Below, piece by piece: positions 25,425-39,400 of a DNA stretch of 64,000 nucleotides. Positions within the stretch are counted from its first letter, which is position 1. Each line of letters starts with the position of its first letter. Origin of the DNA: Macrostomum lignano (taxonomy: Eukaryota); NCBI GenBank assembly GCA_002269645.1, contig NIVC01002289.1:62001-126000 (forward strand), read 5' to 3'. The position numbers were made by a program, and so were the translations under genes. Under the pieces are notes generated by a model. It ran no database searches. It was not told where the DNA came from and saw only the letters and a list, made by a program, of their open reading frames with translations.

Positions 25425-25714
25425 AGAGCCAATAAATGAACCTTGACTTTAAAACACATTAAAATGCTTCCGTTTAACTTGCTACTGAACTGAAAGTAGC
25501 TTACACGCAAGTGTGCTGAGTGGCCCATCTACATGTAGTTATTCTAGAATCTATGTGTAAAACTCACGGCTTGCTGGGAATTCTACGTTTATGCAATCTC
25601 ATTAATTGCGTTCAATTGGCAATCATTGGATTCTGTCATGTTTTTTATGGTTCTTCATGGTTCTAAACTTTGCGCTGTACATGTAGTTGAATTAGTAGTC
25701 ATTGGCAGACACGT

Positions 25715-26200
25715 ATTCCGCTGATCCACCGTCATCTACACGGAATGGGTCATTGGAAGACACTTTCCGCTGATCCACGGCCATCTACACGGAATGGGTC
25801 ATTGGAAGACACTTTCCGCTGATCCACGGTCATCTACACGGAATGGGTCATTGGAAGACACTTTCCGCTGATTCACGGTCATCTACACGGAATGGGCCAT
25901 TGGAAGACACTTTCCGCTGATCCACCGTCATCTACACGGAATGGGTCATTGGAAGACACTTTCCGCTGATTCACGGTCATCTACACGGAATGGGTCATTG
26001 GAAGACACTTTCCGCTGATTCACGGTCATCTACACGGAATGGGCCATTGGAAGACACTTTCCGCTGATCCACCGTCATCTACACGGAATGGGTCATTGGA
26101 AGACACTTTCCGCTGATTCACGGTCATATACACGGAATGGGCCATTGGAAGACTTTCCGCTGATCCACGGTCATCTACACGGAATGGGTCATTTGCAGGC
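25715..26200. repeat. Minisatellite, 49-bp unit, ~10 copies
   Basis: cggaatgggtcattggaagacactttccgctgatccacggtcatctaca periodicity. Confidence 0.93.
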
Positions 26201-27087
26201 CTGTATTCCACTGATCAACGGCCATCTACTCGTGGGTCTCCCATGGGTTAGGGACTCCAAGCTCAATAAAAGCGAGCAGTAAGCAGCAGCCATCAATGCC
26301 GACCTGGAGCAGTGTTTGCACCTGCGCTGATGCTAAAGCTGCGGATGTGTGCTCAGCCGCGCGGCAGCTTTAATTCCATAATTCCAGCGTCAACACCGGG
26401 CTGGCATGCAGAGAGGGAGCGACCGGTCTGGGGCAAACACGGTCTGTTGTCTTTCCCGTGGCTCCCCGTGCTGTTGCCAAGAAAAGTAGGTTGCAGCAGC
26501 ATCGGTGCTGATTTCCTGTGTTGTTTTTTTTTAACAGATCAACCCAGCCCATCCATTGTCCACTGAAACTCAGCGAGGCAGTTCAATTAGTCCGGAGTCG
26601 TCAGGATTTCTTAATCGCTTTAATCATTAATAATCGCATTGGTTGTATTTTGCAACCCGATGGCTGGCAAAGAGACAAAAAAATGCAAATCAATTGAGGA
26701 TTTTTTAAGACACTATTGGGTCTCTGAGGGCAGGGCTGCTATTGAAAGCGGATGCAGCATTATGTACAGTGTGCATCCAGAAGGTAGATTAGATCCGTAC
26801 AATACTCTTTTACAAAACTTGCAGCGGCAAATCCGGAAACGGTTTCTGTTTTGATAAATTTGCAAACAAATCGACAGTTAAAAGGTCTCAGATCGAAGAG
26901 CAAAAACTGAAACAATTTAAATTCCGGGATTCGCCGCTGCAGGAAAACAGTTATCGATATTGATAATTAATAAAAATTATACACTACGAGTGTAGAAAAG
27001 GAATACTGTTCCATACTTAGTAGTAACCAGGATTCCCGATCCAGTGATGAACAACTGAAGTATCAATAGAAGGGACGCTGAGCTTGT

Positions 27088-27310
27088 ATAAAACCTTCTG
27101 GACCTCCAGATCCAAGCAAGCATATCAATGCAGATTTTAAGGACGCTGAACTTTCAAAGCCCGGAAGTTTGCTTGTGTTGCCGGTCTTCTGTTGCAGTTC
27201 ATGAAAAAAAACAGATTGATAAACTTGTGGGTGGAACCTCGGACACAACAGGCGCTTGCTTGATTTGTGATTCGGAAGTCCAGAAGGTGAGATATTGGGA
27301 ATTCGGGTTG
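27088..27310. mobile_element. MITE family copy 1 (related to 60875-61306), 3' of the SLC38A7-like stop
   Basis: Inverted ends ccttctggac(c/t)tcc / ggaagtccagaagg; internal ttgcagttcatgaa...tgataaacttgtg shared with the 61-kb copy. Confidence 0.7.
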
Positions 27311-27433
27311 AAACCGCTCCCCAGCGAAGCATCAAGCACCTATAAAACAGCGAATAAAATCTGTCATCCGTATGGTTAAAAAGAATATAAAAACTCTGCA
27401 AAATAGATGTCTTCTTTCGGACTTTAGGATTGC

Positions 27434-30400
27434 TTAGATGAGGTTGGAGATGGACTGGACGGTCGTCACGCCGAAGATGAAGGAGCCGAGCACTAGGAAG
27501 ACGGCCGCGGCCAGCTGCTTCAACCAGCTGGCATCGTCCAGGCCGATCTTGAACAGACACAGGCCTGCAAAGGCGGGGCAGCGCGATGGCGACTGAGGCT
27601 ATATATCTGTTGGCACTTGGGTCTTAGCTGGTAGGCTCAACTCTGAATGAAAGGGAGTGGCAACCCAACTTGAGACACGGAGGGAGTGGCAACCCAACTT
27701 GAGACACAGAGGGAGTGGCAACCCAACCTGAGACACGGAGGGAGTGACAACCCAATATGAGACACAGAGGGAGTGGCAACCCAACCTGAGACACGGAGGG
27801 AGTGACAACCCAACCCAAGGCCTGAGAGGGAGTGGCAACCCAACCTGAGACACGGAGGGAGTGGCAACCCAACCTGAGACACGGAGGGAGTGACAACCCA
27901 ACTCAAGGCCTGAGAGGGAGTGACAACCCAACCCAAGGCCTGAGAGGGAGTGACAACCCAACCCAAGGCCTGAGAGGGAGTGGCAACCCAACCTGAGACA
28001 CGGAGGGAGTGGCAACCCAACCTGAGACACGGAGGGAGTGACAACCCAACTCAAGGCCTGAGAGGGAGTGACAACCCAACCCAAGGCCTGAGAGGGAGTG
28101 ACAACCCAACCCAAGGCCTGAGAGGGAGTGACAACCCAACCCAAGGCCTGAGAGGGAGTGACAACCCAACCCAAGGCCTGAGAGGGAGTGACAACCCAAC
28201 CCAAGGCCTGAGAGGGAGTGACAACCCAACCCAAGGCCTGAGAGGGAGTGACAACCCAACCTGAGACACGGAGGGAGTGGCAACCCAACCTGAGACACGG
28301 AGGGAGTGGCAACCCAACCTGAGACACGGAGGGAGTGACAACCCAACCCAAGGCCTGAGAGGGAGTGGCAACCCAACCTGAGACACGGAGGGAGTGGCAA
28401 CCCAACCTGAGACACAGAGGGAGTGACAACCCAACCCAAGGCCTGAGAGGGAGTGGCAACCCAACCAATAGAAGTTAAGCTGAATCAATATTTTGCATAG
28501 AGAATAACTGGTGGCGGGATCGGGCTAGAGAGAAGCCGCACCGGGAAATATGAAGATGAAGACCGCGGCGAGACTGCCCAGCAAGCTGATGACGTCACCA
28601 ATGTTGGGGATGAGCACGGCCAGCAGCAGGGTGAGGCCGAACCAGACGATTGTGACGCCGAATCGCCGGACTCGCTCGGTGCGGCAAATTCTGTCCGGGT
28701 CGAGGCGCAGCAGCGGCAAAGCGACGCTGTCCAGGGCAGCGCTGCGGCGGTAATGGGGGACGCGATTAGCGCATAGTAACAGTGAAGCAACAGCAAAGCA
28801 ACAGCGAGTTTTTCATTAACATTGTGGCATACTTTTAGAAAGTGTTATTGGAAACTTGAAGGATGGGTCAACAGAAGATCGAATTGAGGCAAGGGACGGA
28901 GGGCCAAGCTTGAGGCAAGGGACGGAGGGCCAAGCTTGAGGCAAGGGACGGAGGGCCAAGCTTGAGGCAAGGGACGGAGGGCCAAGCTTGAGGCAAGGGA
29001 CGGAGGGCCAAGCTTGAGGCAAGGGACGGAGGGCCAAGCTTGAGGCAAGGGACGGAGGGCCAAGCTTGAGGCAAGGGACGGAGGGCCAAGCTTGAGGCAA
29101 GGGACGGAGGGCCAAGCTTGAGGCAAGGGACGGAGGGCCAAGCTTGAGGCAAGGGACGGAGGGTAAAATTCCGGTCAAGGTCATTTGACAAATTTAAATT
29201 CTTTGACAGCCTTGATATACTTGTAAGTATTCGTGAATGCTCCCTAAGCTCTAATTGAATGGCTACTTCTGTACCCCCGCTGTGTGCACATGTTACTTAA
29301 AGCAGATTTACATAAAGTACACAAAGTTCTTATGCAGTTGCGCACAAATAGCTAGAACTACAATTACACTGTATAAATAGCTTTCAGTGAAAGAAGCGGC
29401 CGCCACCACTCCCCTCTCCCCGATCCGAGGGCAGCGAAGTGTCTTGTTAGTCCCATATTATCCGCATGGCTAGGAAAGTTGCGACGGAGCTCAGCGATCG
29501 GCACTCGTGCTCTGGCCTCCCTGGGTGAATGCGGCACTGCATAATTTAACATCGGGGGTTGGGGGTCGGACTTCAACCAGCCGTCAGTGTCGAGTTCGGG
29601 GACAGCTTCATAATCCGCACTGGTGTGACGGATACTTGCAAATGGGAGAGGGGATATGGACAGTCTGGATAGAAGCTGCAATGCGGAACAGGCTCGCAAT
29701 AAAGCTGCATCATGCAGATGCCAGCTGTCCACTTCCCTACTGCTTAGAGGCCTGACCTGAAATGCGAGTTTCCACTTGCTAGTAACAGTTCAAGTCAGTT
29801 CAGTTAGTTACAGTTCAGCTGATACAGTTAGCTAATCTGCAGTTCAGCTGATACATTTAGCTAATCTGCAGTTCAGCTGATACATTTAGCTAATCTGCAG
29901 TTCAGCTGATACAGTTAGCTAATCTAAGTTCAGCTGATACAGTTAGCTAATCTAAGTTCAGCTGATACAGTTAGCTAATCTAAGTTCAGCTGATACAGTT
30001 AGCTAAGTTCAGCTGATACAGTTAGCTAATCTGCAGTTCAGCTGATACATTTAGCTAATCTGCAGTTCAGCTGATACAGTTAGCTAATCTGCAGTTCAGC
30101 TGATACAGTTAGCTAACCAGCATCTTTCAAGCAAATTTCAGCCATGTGTCAGGCAACCCTTCTTCCCGGTAAAGCTTAAAAGAGAATTTCCCATGGCTTA
30201 TTCAGGGAAAAAATACTCAAAACTTGGACTTTCATTCGTTTTAATTTTCAATAGATTTCATTTTCAATGCGTTTAATACTCGAAGCAACCATTAAGCATG
30301 GCCCCGCAAGTCTATCTGTTACGCGCTATGAATAGGAGAGGCATCTTCCTGGACACGCAGACTCCCGATTGTGAGCCAGTGTTAAAGAAAGCAAATAACC

Positions 30401-33400
30401 TTGGCCCTTTGAAGGATTTGCTCGTAGTTAGTCATCGCCATTCACCCAAGCCTAGGCGGCGAACCTTCTGTCTGATCAACTGAAATTCAAGCCGGATGGC
30501 TTCGGGAAAATCCCCTAGCTAGTATCTGGAGCAGAATTGTGGACTCCGGCTCCCAGCCAGCCAGACGAAGCAAAAGAAGGAAGAACTCCTCTGGCGGGGC
30601 AAGCAAACAGAGAAATTAAGAAGAAGCGGGGCGCGGATGCATCGCAATCGATTATTGCGCCCCGCGAACCCGGCTCTCTGGCAAGACAAGAAAAGAATAG
30701 CTAACACAAATAGTGCACCAGACTATACGGAGGGAACCGACCCTTAGCATCAAGCGGCCCACTGCGCTGGCGTGTTGCAAGTTCACGGTGCGCGCAACTG
30801 GGCCAATCAGGGGCTGGCGACCTCCGGCTGGCAAAGAGCCCAACTGCACGGCCAGCCATTGGACTAAGGCTCGGGCATAAAGCACTGGGTTACTGGGCGC
30901 GGAGTAACCGGGATCCAACTCTGCAACCGGGCCAAAATACCGGCAATATCAAAACTCTGCACAATCTGGCACACAGAGAGTCCAATAATTAGCTAATTAA
31001 TACAGAAGGTGCACCGCAGCTCGGTGGCTGAGCCTAAGCAGTTCAGCCGGACGCACCGCCAGCAAAGCCACACGCGGTTTCTTAGAATTCCGAATTGATT
31101 TCTCTCGAGAATCGGGGATGAAGAACACGGTGCAGCTGGTCAGGTGCGGCAACCTGATGGCGGCCGCCGCCACCCCAGGCCTGGACCCGTGCGGCGGCGG
31201 CCTCGGCTTCAGCATGGACGGCAACGGAGGGGCCGGCGGCAACGGCAACAGCGGCAGCGCAGGCGAATCGGCCCGAGTGCCAGGCCGGCGCGAGGTGATG
31301 CTGCGCGGCCACATCAATCACTTCACCAGCTCAACTACTGCTCACGGGCTCAACCGGGCGAACTCGGAGCAGAGCTGGGTCCGCATGGTGTGGGTGGGCA
31401 TTGTGCTGGCCGCATCGCTTGGCGCTATTGTGCACACGACAAAGCAGGTGACCACCTATCTGCAGTACCCAGTGAGCAGTACAAACCGGCAGGAGCCAAA
31501 CAGTTTCGAGTTTCCCGACCTGACATTCTGCGACCCGCTCAACAAGCGCTTTTTTCACTATCAGGCAGTGAAATACGCGGAATCAATAAATAAACTGGAC
31601 GAGGTCCGAGTTCTGTACAGCCTTGTGTACAGCCACTTCCGTACAGAATCAGACTGGCGCAAGGAGCGCCGAGCGATAGAGCTAGTTTACAATGCATTTG
31701 AGCACGTGCTCAACATCACGAATTTGAATATTCGGCCGTTGGATGTTGTGCTCTACTGTACATTTGATGGAGAGCTGTGCGACCACCACAACTTTCAGGT
31801 TGGAGCCGATGTTTAACTCATATAGTAATCCTCAATATTAATCCTAAATCATTCTTAATATTTGAAATGCCTCGATAAAATGGGAGATAGCCCGTCATAT
31901 CGGTGACTATCTAAACATTTCTAGTCAATGCTCAGTAGCTTTGCAAACGAGCCGGGACTCTGGAAGTTTCCCGGAATTTGTCAACCGCCTGCCCTGTTCT
32001 CCCGGCATCCGGCCGCCTGTCAGGACCAGCTATAACTGGCTGTTGGCGCTTTAGCAAGAGCTTCACACGCTGAGCTGAAGTGTAGTTGATCAGTCAGGAT
32101 CAGCTGAGCTCGCTTCAGAGCAGATACTAGCCGGGAACTGCTTCAACTCCTAGCTCACCAATAGGTCGTTTAAACAGTAAAAACAGCAGCTTAAATGCAT
32201 CGCTTTTTTGCCCGATCTCGCTCGCAGGTGTTCTACCACCGACTGTACACCAACTGCTTCACCTTCAAGCCACGTGTGCGCAGTCTGCGTAGCAGCGGCA
32301 TGGACCGGGGCCTCTTCCTGTTGCTCTATGTGCCATCCGCTGACATCAACCTGAAGTTGGACAGCCTCGCCAGGCTGGCTTCGGGCCTCGAGAACAACGG
32401 CATCAGGTTCCAAATCCACCAGCGGGACACCATCCCGCACCCGCTGGAGTACGGCATCATGGCGCCCACTGGCACCCTGACCGCTGTGGGCCTCGAACAG
32501 GTGCGAACTTCTCTGGCCGACACGCCCACGCATCCTTGCGTCCGGGATACAAAATTGCGATTATTCGACAATCAGTTCGACTTTATGCGCCAGTACGACA
32601 GGCAGCTGTTCGATTGCATTAAGCACGAGTACCACCAGACTGTGCGCGAGCAGTGCGGCTGCATACTGGAAGGCCATGTGATCGTGGAGCCCGGCTTCAA
32701 CCCTAGAGACGTGAGGTTCTGCCACGATCTGATCAGCTCAAAGAACGCCAGCCGAGTGCAGGCGGTGACGCGGCTGTTCCAAGCCGAGATGAACAAAACG
32801 CATTCGCCGGCAGCCCTGTCAGACTTCATTCAGCTCGGCCTGCAGATGCGCCGGCAAGATCCCGCGCTCAACGAATCGCTGGACCGGATGCTGTGCTCGG
32901 ACAATGTCACTGAGAGCGCCGTGAGGCCCCAGCGCTGCTACGACTCGTGCAACTACAACAAGTACGAGTACAGCCTGTCCCAGTGCCCTTGGCCGGAGGA
33001 CTCATTCGAGGTGCGCAACGCCCAAATACAGATGGTGAAGATCGCGCAGATGCTAGACGAATACAAAGCATTGCACGAAAACATAATCCCGAAGCCGGCG
33101 CTGCTGCAATCGATGCAAAAGAGCAGCCTCAACACCAACAGCTGTCAAACGTTCAACACACAGCGGATGGAGGTGCCGGACAAGAAGGACTGCAGCCGGG
33201 TTCAGCTTTTCGTGCGTCGCTCCGTTGTGCAGCTGCGCGTCTACCCGGAGACGCTCACCGTGCGGCACACCATCGAGGAGCGCAACTATGAGCTGGTCAA
33301 CCTCTGCTCCGACCTGGGCGGTGAGCGGCCCTATTATCTGATTGATATCTCGTCTTTTAGACGACTTACTTCGAGGGCATCTCATAGTTGAGATGAGTCT

Positions 33401-36400
33401 TTGATAGACACCCCATCTCATAATTGATAGACACCCCATCTCATAATTGATGGACACCCCATCTCATAATTGATGGACACCCCATCTCATAATTGATAGA
33501 CACCCCATCTCAACCCCATCTCATAATTGATAGACACCCCATCTCATAATTGATAGACACCCCATCTCATAATTGATAGACACCCCATCTCATATTTGAT
33601 AGAAACCTCACCCCTCTGATTTCAAGGCCAAAGACACATCTCATATTTGATAGAAACCTCACCCCTCTGATTTCAAGGCCAAAGACACATCTCATAGAAA
33701 CCTCACCCTTCTGATTTCAAGGCCAAAGACACATCTCATAGAAACCTCACCCTTCTGATTTCAAGGCCAAAGACACATCTCATATTCGATAGAAACCTCA
33801 CCCCTCTGATTTCAAGGCCAAAGACACATCTCATAGAAACCTCACCCTTCTGATTTCAAGGCCAAAGACACATCTCATATTCGATAGAAACCTCACCCCT
33901 CTGATTTCAAGGCCAAAGACACATCTCATAGAAACCTCACCCTTCTGATTTCAAGGCCAAAGACACATCTCATAGAAACCTCACCCTTCTGATTTCAAGG
34001 CCAAAGACACATCTCATATTCGATAGAAACCTCACCCCTCTGATTTCAAGGCCAAAGACACATCTCATAGAAACCTCACCCTTCTGATTTCAAGGCCAAA
34101 GACACATCTCATAGAAACCTCACCCTTCTGATTTCAAGGCCAAATACACATCTCATAGAAACCTCACCCTTCTGATTTCAAGGCCAAAGACACATCTCAT
34201 AGAAACCTCACCCTTCTGATTTCAAGGCCAAAGACACATCTCATAGAAACCTCACCCTTCTGATTTCAAGGCCAAAGACACATCTCATAGAAACCTCACC
34301 CTTCTGATTTCAAGGCCAAAGACACATCTCATAGAAACCTCACCCTTCTCATTTCAAGGCCAAAGACACATCTCATATTTGATAGAAACCTTAGGCACCT
34401 CATATTTCGGGCCGCTTGCAAAACAATTTGAACCACTGTGGAGTAGCAGGGAATTGTAAAAGGCGCAACAGCGTGAAGATGGATAGCCAGACGGAGTCCC
34501 ACGGAGTCCCATTGGAGAGACGGGGAAAGAAAATGCAGACACAAACAAGCGATGATGAGCTGCCACCCGATTCCGTATTGAAGAGCTGGTCGACCCGGCC
34601 CGGCCTGCATGAATTATTGCCAAAGGCTCCGCTATTCTTGCCGTTATTGCTTGTCCTGCCCCGCCGGCCACACAAGTAGCTGAGGACGACAGCCAGGTAG
34701 CTCGTATTGGCAGGCATGAAGGGGGCTTGAAGCAATGAAGACAGCCAGAGAGAGACAACAGAGTGAAGGAATGACACTGGGAAGCGTAAAGTGATTTCTA
34801 CTCAGAGCTGAGAAGGCTCTTAGAAATTGGAGCGCATGCAACAATAGTTGCAGGAGGGCTGCGGGCGAAACAATTCTGTCCATTCCGCTGACTCCTCCTG
34901 AGCCAATGCTGTACGCAGGCGCGCACTCGTACACCGCTCACGCAGGGTGTACAACGGCCCCGACTTTCTAATCGACAGGCATGTACACTCTCTATGTGCC
35001 TTGGGGGGCCCTCAGGGCTGTGAATCGCACGGCCAACCCCCGGGCCAATTTTGCAAACACACAAGCCCCAAATGAATGCGGCCGCGCGAGAGTCAGACGC
35101 GCTAACCTCAGAGCTGCCCCGCCCCCTGGCATTAGCATAAGTGCCAGCATAAGTACTATATATACACTATATATATACATGACATACCTCGCGTATACTT
35201 AGGCACGAGACACTATCACACGCACGTAAAGTGCGTCTCGTTCCATGACAGCAGTTAAGCCCAGGCCCCATAGTTAGGGCTCTGGTGATGCTGCCGCTGC
35301 TGCCTGAGCTCCACCGACCGTCTTTGAAGACTAAGCTCTATTTATTATTAAGCAGCACAAAATACTGCATAGCGTGGAGGGACTGCCGCATGTCACATCC
35401 GCAGTTTGGTCATTAAGAAAGGCAGACGCTGTCAGGAAGAGGGCGGGCAGTGGCTCAGCAGATATCCTGCCTAGTGCTCGTGAGACCGGGCTCGATTCCA
35501 GGTGGAGCTTCAAACAGATCGGACAGCACCATACAGGAGTGACAGCAGACCCAATGAGTGACAGATCGGACAGCACCATACAGGAGTGACAGCAGTCCCA
35601 ATGAGTGACAGATCGGACAGCACCATACAGGAGTGACAACAGTCCCAATGAGTGACGGATCGGACAGCACCATACAGGAGTGACAGCAGTCCCAATGAGT
35701 GACAGATCGGACAGCACCATACAGGAGTGACAGCAGTCCCAATGAGTGACGGATCGGACAGCACCATACAGGAGTGACAGCAGTCCCAATGAGTGACACA
35801 GATCGGACAGCACCATACAGGAGTGACAGCAGACCCAATGAGTGACAGATCGGACAGCACCATACAGGAGTGACAGCAGTCCCAATGAGTGACAGATCGG
35901 ACAGTACCATACAGGAGTGACAGCAGACCCAATGAGTGACAGATCGGACAGCACCATACAGGAGTGACAGCAGACCCAATGAGTGACAGATCGGACAGTA
36001 CCATACAGGAGTGACAGCAGTCCCAATGAGTGACAGATCGGACAGCACCATACAGGAGTGACAGCAGTCCCAAGAGTGACAGATCGGACATATACCATTA
36101 GAGTTACACAGTTAATGGCGAGTAGGCTGGCCAGTCGGAAATTCCCCATCCCGAGCAAGCAGTCAGATGCTCAATAGCCGTTTAGCCCAGATATTGCATC
36201 GAGATAGTGAAAATTCCAATTTGAGAAACCAAATGGGAAAAAAACAGGGAAGAGGAGGCGAGCTGCGGAAGGGAGAATAAAAATCAAAGAAATAGGGAAA
36301 ATTCAAGCGAGAAGATATATCTCGATCGGGAGAGTGCTAGCAGATTCGAGCTGATAAACCTCAGATTTGCACACGCGGAGGCTGAAATTGCCGCCCACTT

Positions 36401-39400
36401 TAATTCCCGACTCGCCTGGAGCCATCAGCGAAACTGCCAGGACGCTTCGCCTTCAGGAGAACCGAAATAAGAAAATGCATTGCAGTCATATAGGCAGGGA
36501 AGGAAAAATTCTGTGTCCTGTCCTGTCCAATGCAGGGATGGGATCCTGTCCAATGTAGGGATGGGATCCTGTCCAGTGCAAGGATGGGATCCTGTCCAGT
36601 GCAGGTATGGGATCCTGTCCAATGCAGGGATGGGATCCTGTCCAGTGCAGGGATGGGATCCTGTCCAGTGCAGGGATGGGATCCTGTCCAGTGCAGGGAT
36701 GGGATCCTGTCCAGTGCAGGTATGGGATCCTGTCCAGTGCAGGGATGGGATCCTGTCCAGTGCAGGGATGGGATCCTGTCCAGTGCAGGGATGGGATCCT
36801 GTCCAGTGCAGGGATGGGATCCTGTCCAGTGCAGGTATGGGATCCTGTCCAGTGCAGGGATGGGATCCTGTCCAGTGCAGGTATGGGATCCTGTCCAGTG
36901 CAGGGATGGGATCCTGTCCAGTGCAGGGATGGGATCCTGTCCAGTGCAGGGATGGGATCCTGTCCAGTGCAGGGATGGGATCCTGTCCAGTGCAGGGATG
37001 GGATCCTGTCCAGTGCAGGGATGGGATCCTGTCCAGTGCAGGGATGGGATCCTGTCCAGTGCAGGGATGGGATCCTGTCCAGTGCAGGTATGGGATCCTG
37101 TCCAGTGCAGGGATGGGATCCTGTCCAGTGCAGGTATGGGATCCTGTCCAGTGCAGGGATGGGATCCTGTCCAGTGCAGGGATGGGATCCTGTCCAGTGC
37201 AGGGATGGGATCCTGTCCAGTGCACAGATGGGACCCACTTCTCAAGCACAGCGGCGTGATGACTCGGAGAGACACCGTGGGGATGGTATGGGAAGAATCC
37301 GGGCTCTACTGGCCGGCCGGATGAGAAATCCCCAAGTGCATTCTGTCCCCCGCTAGCACCGGAAGCAGGCCCGATGCCCGGGGCGCGCGCACCTCAGAAG
37401 CGGCCGAGGCCCGGCGCAGCGCAGATGCAAATCGCAAGCGGAGGACAGACTACTCAGTGAGGCGGCTCGGGTGGCGGCAGGCTAATTTATTGGCGACCCC
37501 AGTGCTGCTCAGTATTATAATCAGGACTGAACAAACAGCCCAGCACGTCCCGCTGACTACATGGCTGGCTAACTAAGAATTGAATACGGCTCTTCCCAAG
37601 GCGAAATTGTCCTTAGCTGCTGAATTTGCTGGCCAGGACTCCGGGAGAAACTAAGCAGGATTAGGCCGGCGCTAGTCGACAGCGGGCGGGTCTGACAGAT
37701 CCTGTGTCACTCTGCTCTTCACTGCAGTAGGCTTAACTTCCTACAGCTAGTCTGTAAATGATTTCTTTCACTAACTATACAGTCAGTGCAGTTAAAAGGA
37801 TTAATAGATAATAACTCGGCTAAGTTCAACTTGTGCAATAGTTATTTGGCTAGCAAAAATGCACTAAACAGAAGGTCGGCTCTGTTATACAGTGTAAGTT
37901 TAAGCCTAGGAGTACAAAGCGGCGACTTCTGCAATCCGCCCTCACTGAGGGTAGCTGACAAGAAACTAATAAGCTCGGAGACTCACTAGGTGGTAGCCCA
38001 TATTCAATATGAGGTCGCAGAAGACTGACTTTACTGAACTTTATTGTTCTCCTGACTGTGATTACTTTTTGCTGTATATTATTATAATATCCGTGGGATT
38101 ATCAGCCTTCTAAACAGTCAGTACAAATGTTATTCATCTATGTATTTATCTGCACATGGTGAATAGTCTACAGGTATGTTCAAATCCACATAATAGTGAA
38201 TAGTCTATGGTCAAAGCCACTTGATATTCAATAGTCTATGGTCAAATCCTCACAATAGTGAATAGTCTATGGTCAAAGCCACTTAATATTGAATAGTCTA
38301 TGGTCAAAGCCATTTAATAGTGAATAGAAAAATGAAGCTTAACACCAACATACAAGTAAATTTACTCAGTGCCAGTGAGATGAGGATAATAGTGAATAGT
38401 CTATGGTCAAAGCCACATAATAGTGAATAGTCTATGGTCAAAGCCACATAATAGTGAATAGTCTATGGTCAAAGCCTCATAATAGTGAATAGTCTATGGT
38501 CAAAGCCACATAATAGTGAATAGTCTATGGTCAAAGCCACAAAATAGCGAATAGTCTATGGTCAAAGCCACATAATAGTGAATAGTCTATGGTCAAAGCC
38601 ACATAATAGTGAATAGTCTATGGTCAAAGCCACATAATAGTGAATAGTCTATGCTCAAAGCCTCAAAATAGCGAATAGTCTATGGTCAAAGCCACATAAT
38701 AGTGAATAGTCTATGGTCAAAGCCACATAATAGTGAATAGTCTATGCTCAAAGCCTCAAAATAGCGAATAGTCTATGGTCAAACCCACATAATAGCGAAT
38801 AGTCTATGGTCAAAGCCACATAATAGTGAATAGTCTATGGTCAAAGCCACATAATAGTGAATAGTCTATGGTCAAAGCCACAAAATAGCGAATAGTCTAT
38901 GGTCAAAGCCACATAATAGTGAATAGTCTATGGTCAAAGCCACATAATAGTGAATAGTCTATGGTCAAAGCCACATAATAGTGAATAGTCTATGGTCAAA
39001 GCCACATAATAGTGAATACTCTATGGTCAAAGCCACATAATAGTGAATAGTCTATGGTCAAAGCCACATAATAGTGAATAGTCTATGGTCAAAGCCACAT
39101 AATAGTGAATAGTCTATGGTCAAAGCCACATAATAGTGAATAGTCTATGGTCGGCACCAACTGATGAGGTTAGAAAAAGTTTTTTTGGAGAACAATCGGT
39201 ACCACGTAACATATGCTTTTCCCCCAAGTCGACTTCAAAGCTTAATTTTGCTAGCAGAAAGCAAGAATTCTCCAACATTCCTATGTAAACCGGATACCTG
39301 ACAGGGTAGGATGAATTGTATCAAGCTAAGAGCTGAGAGCCACTCTAATTTCTTTGACAGAACTTGGGAAAACTAGCAGGCGTCTGTCTGCACTTCTGCA

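Noticed and set aside
29364-29732. 122-aa minus-strand ORF in the SLC38A7-like intron
   Set aside because: No motif recognised, and the transporter model is complete without it.
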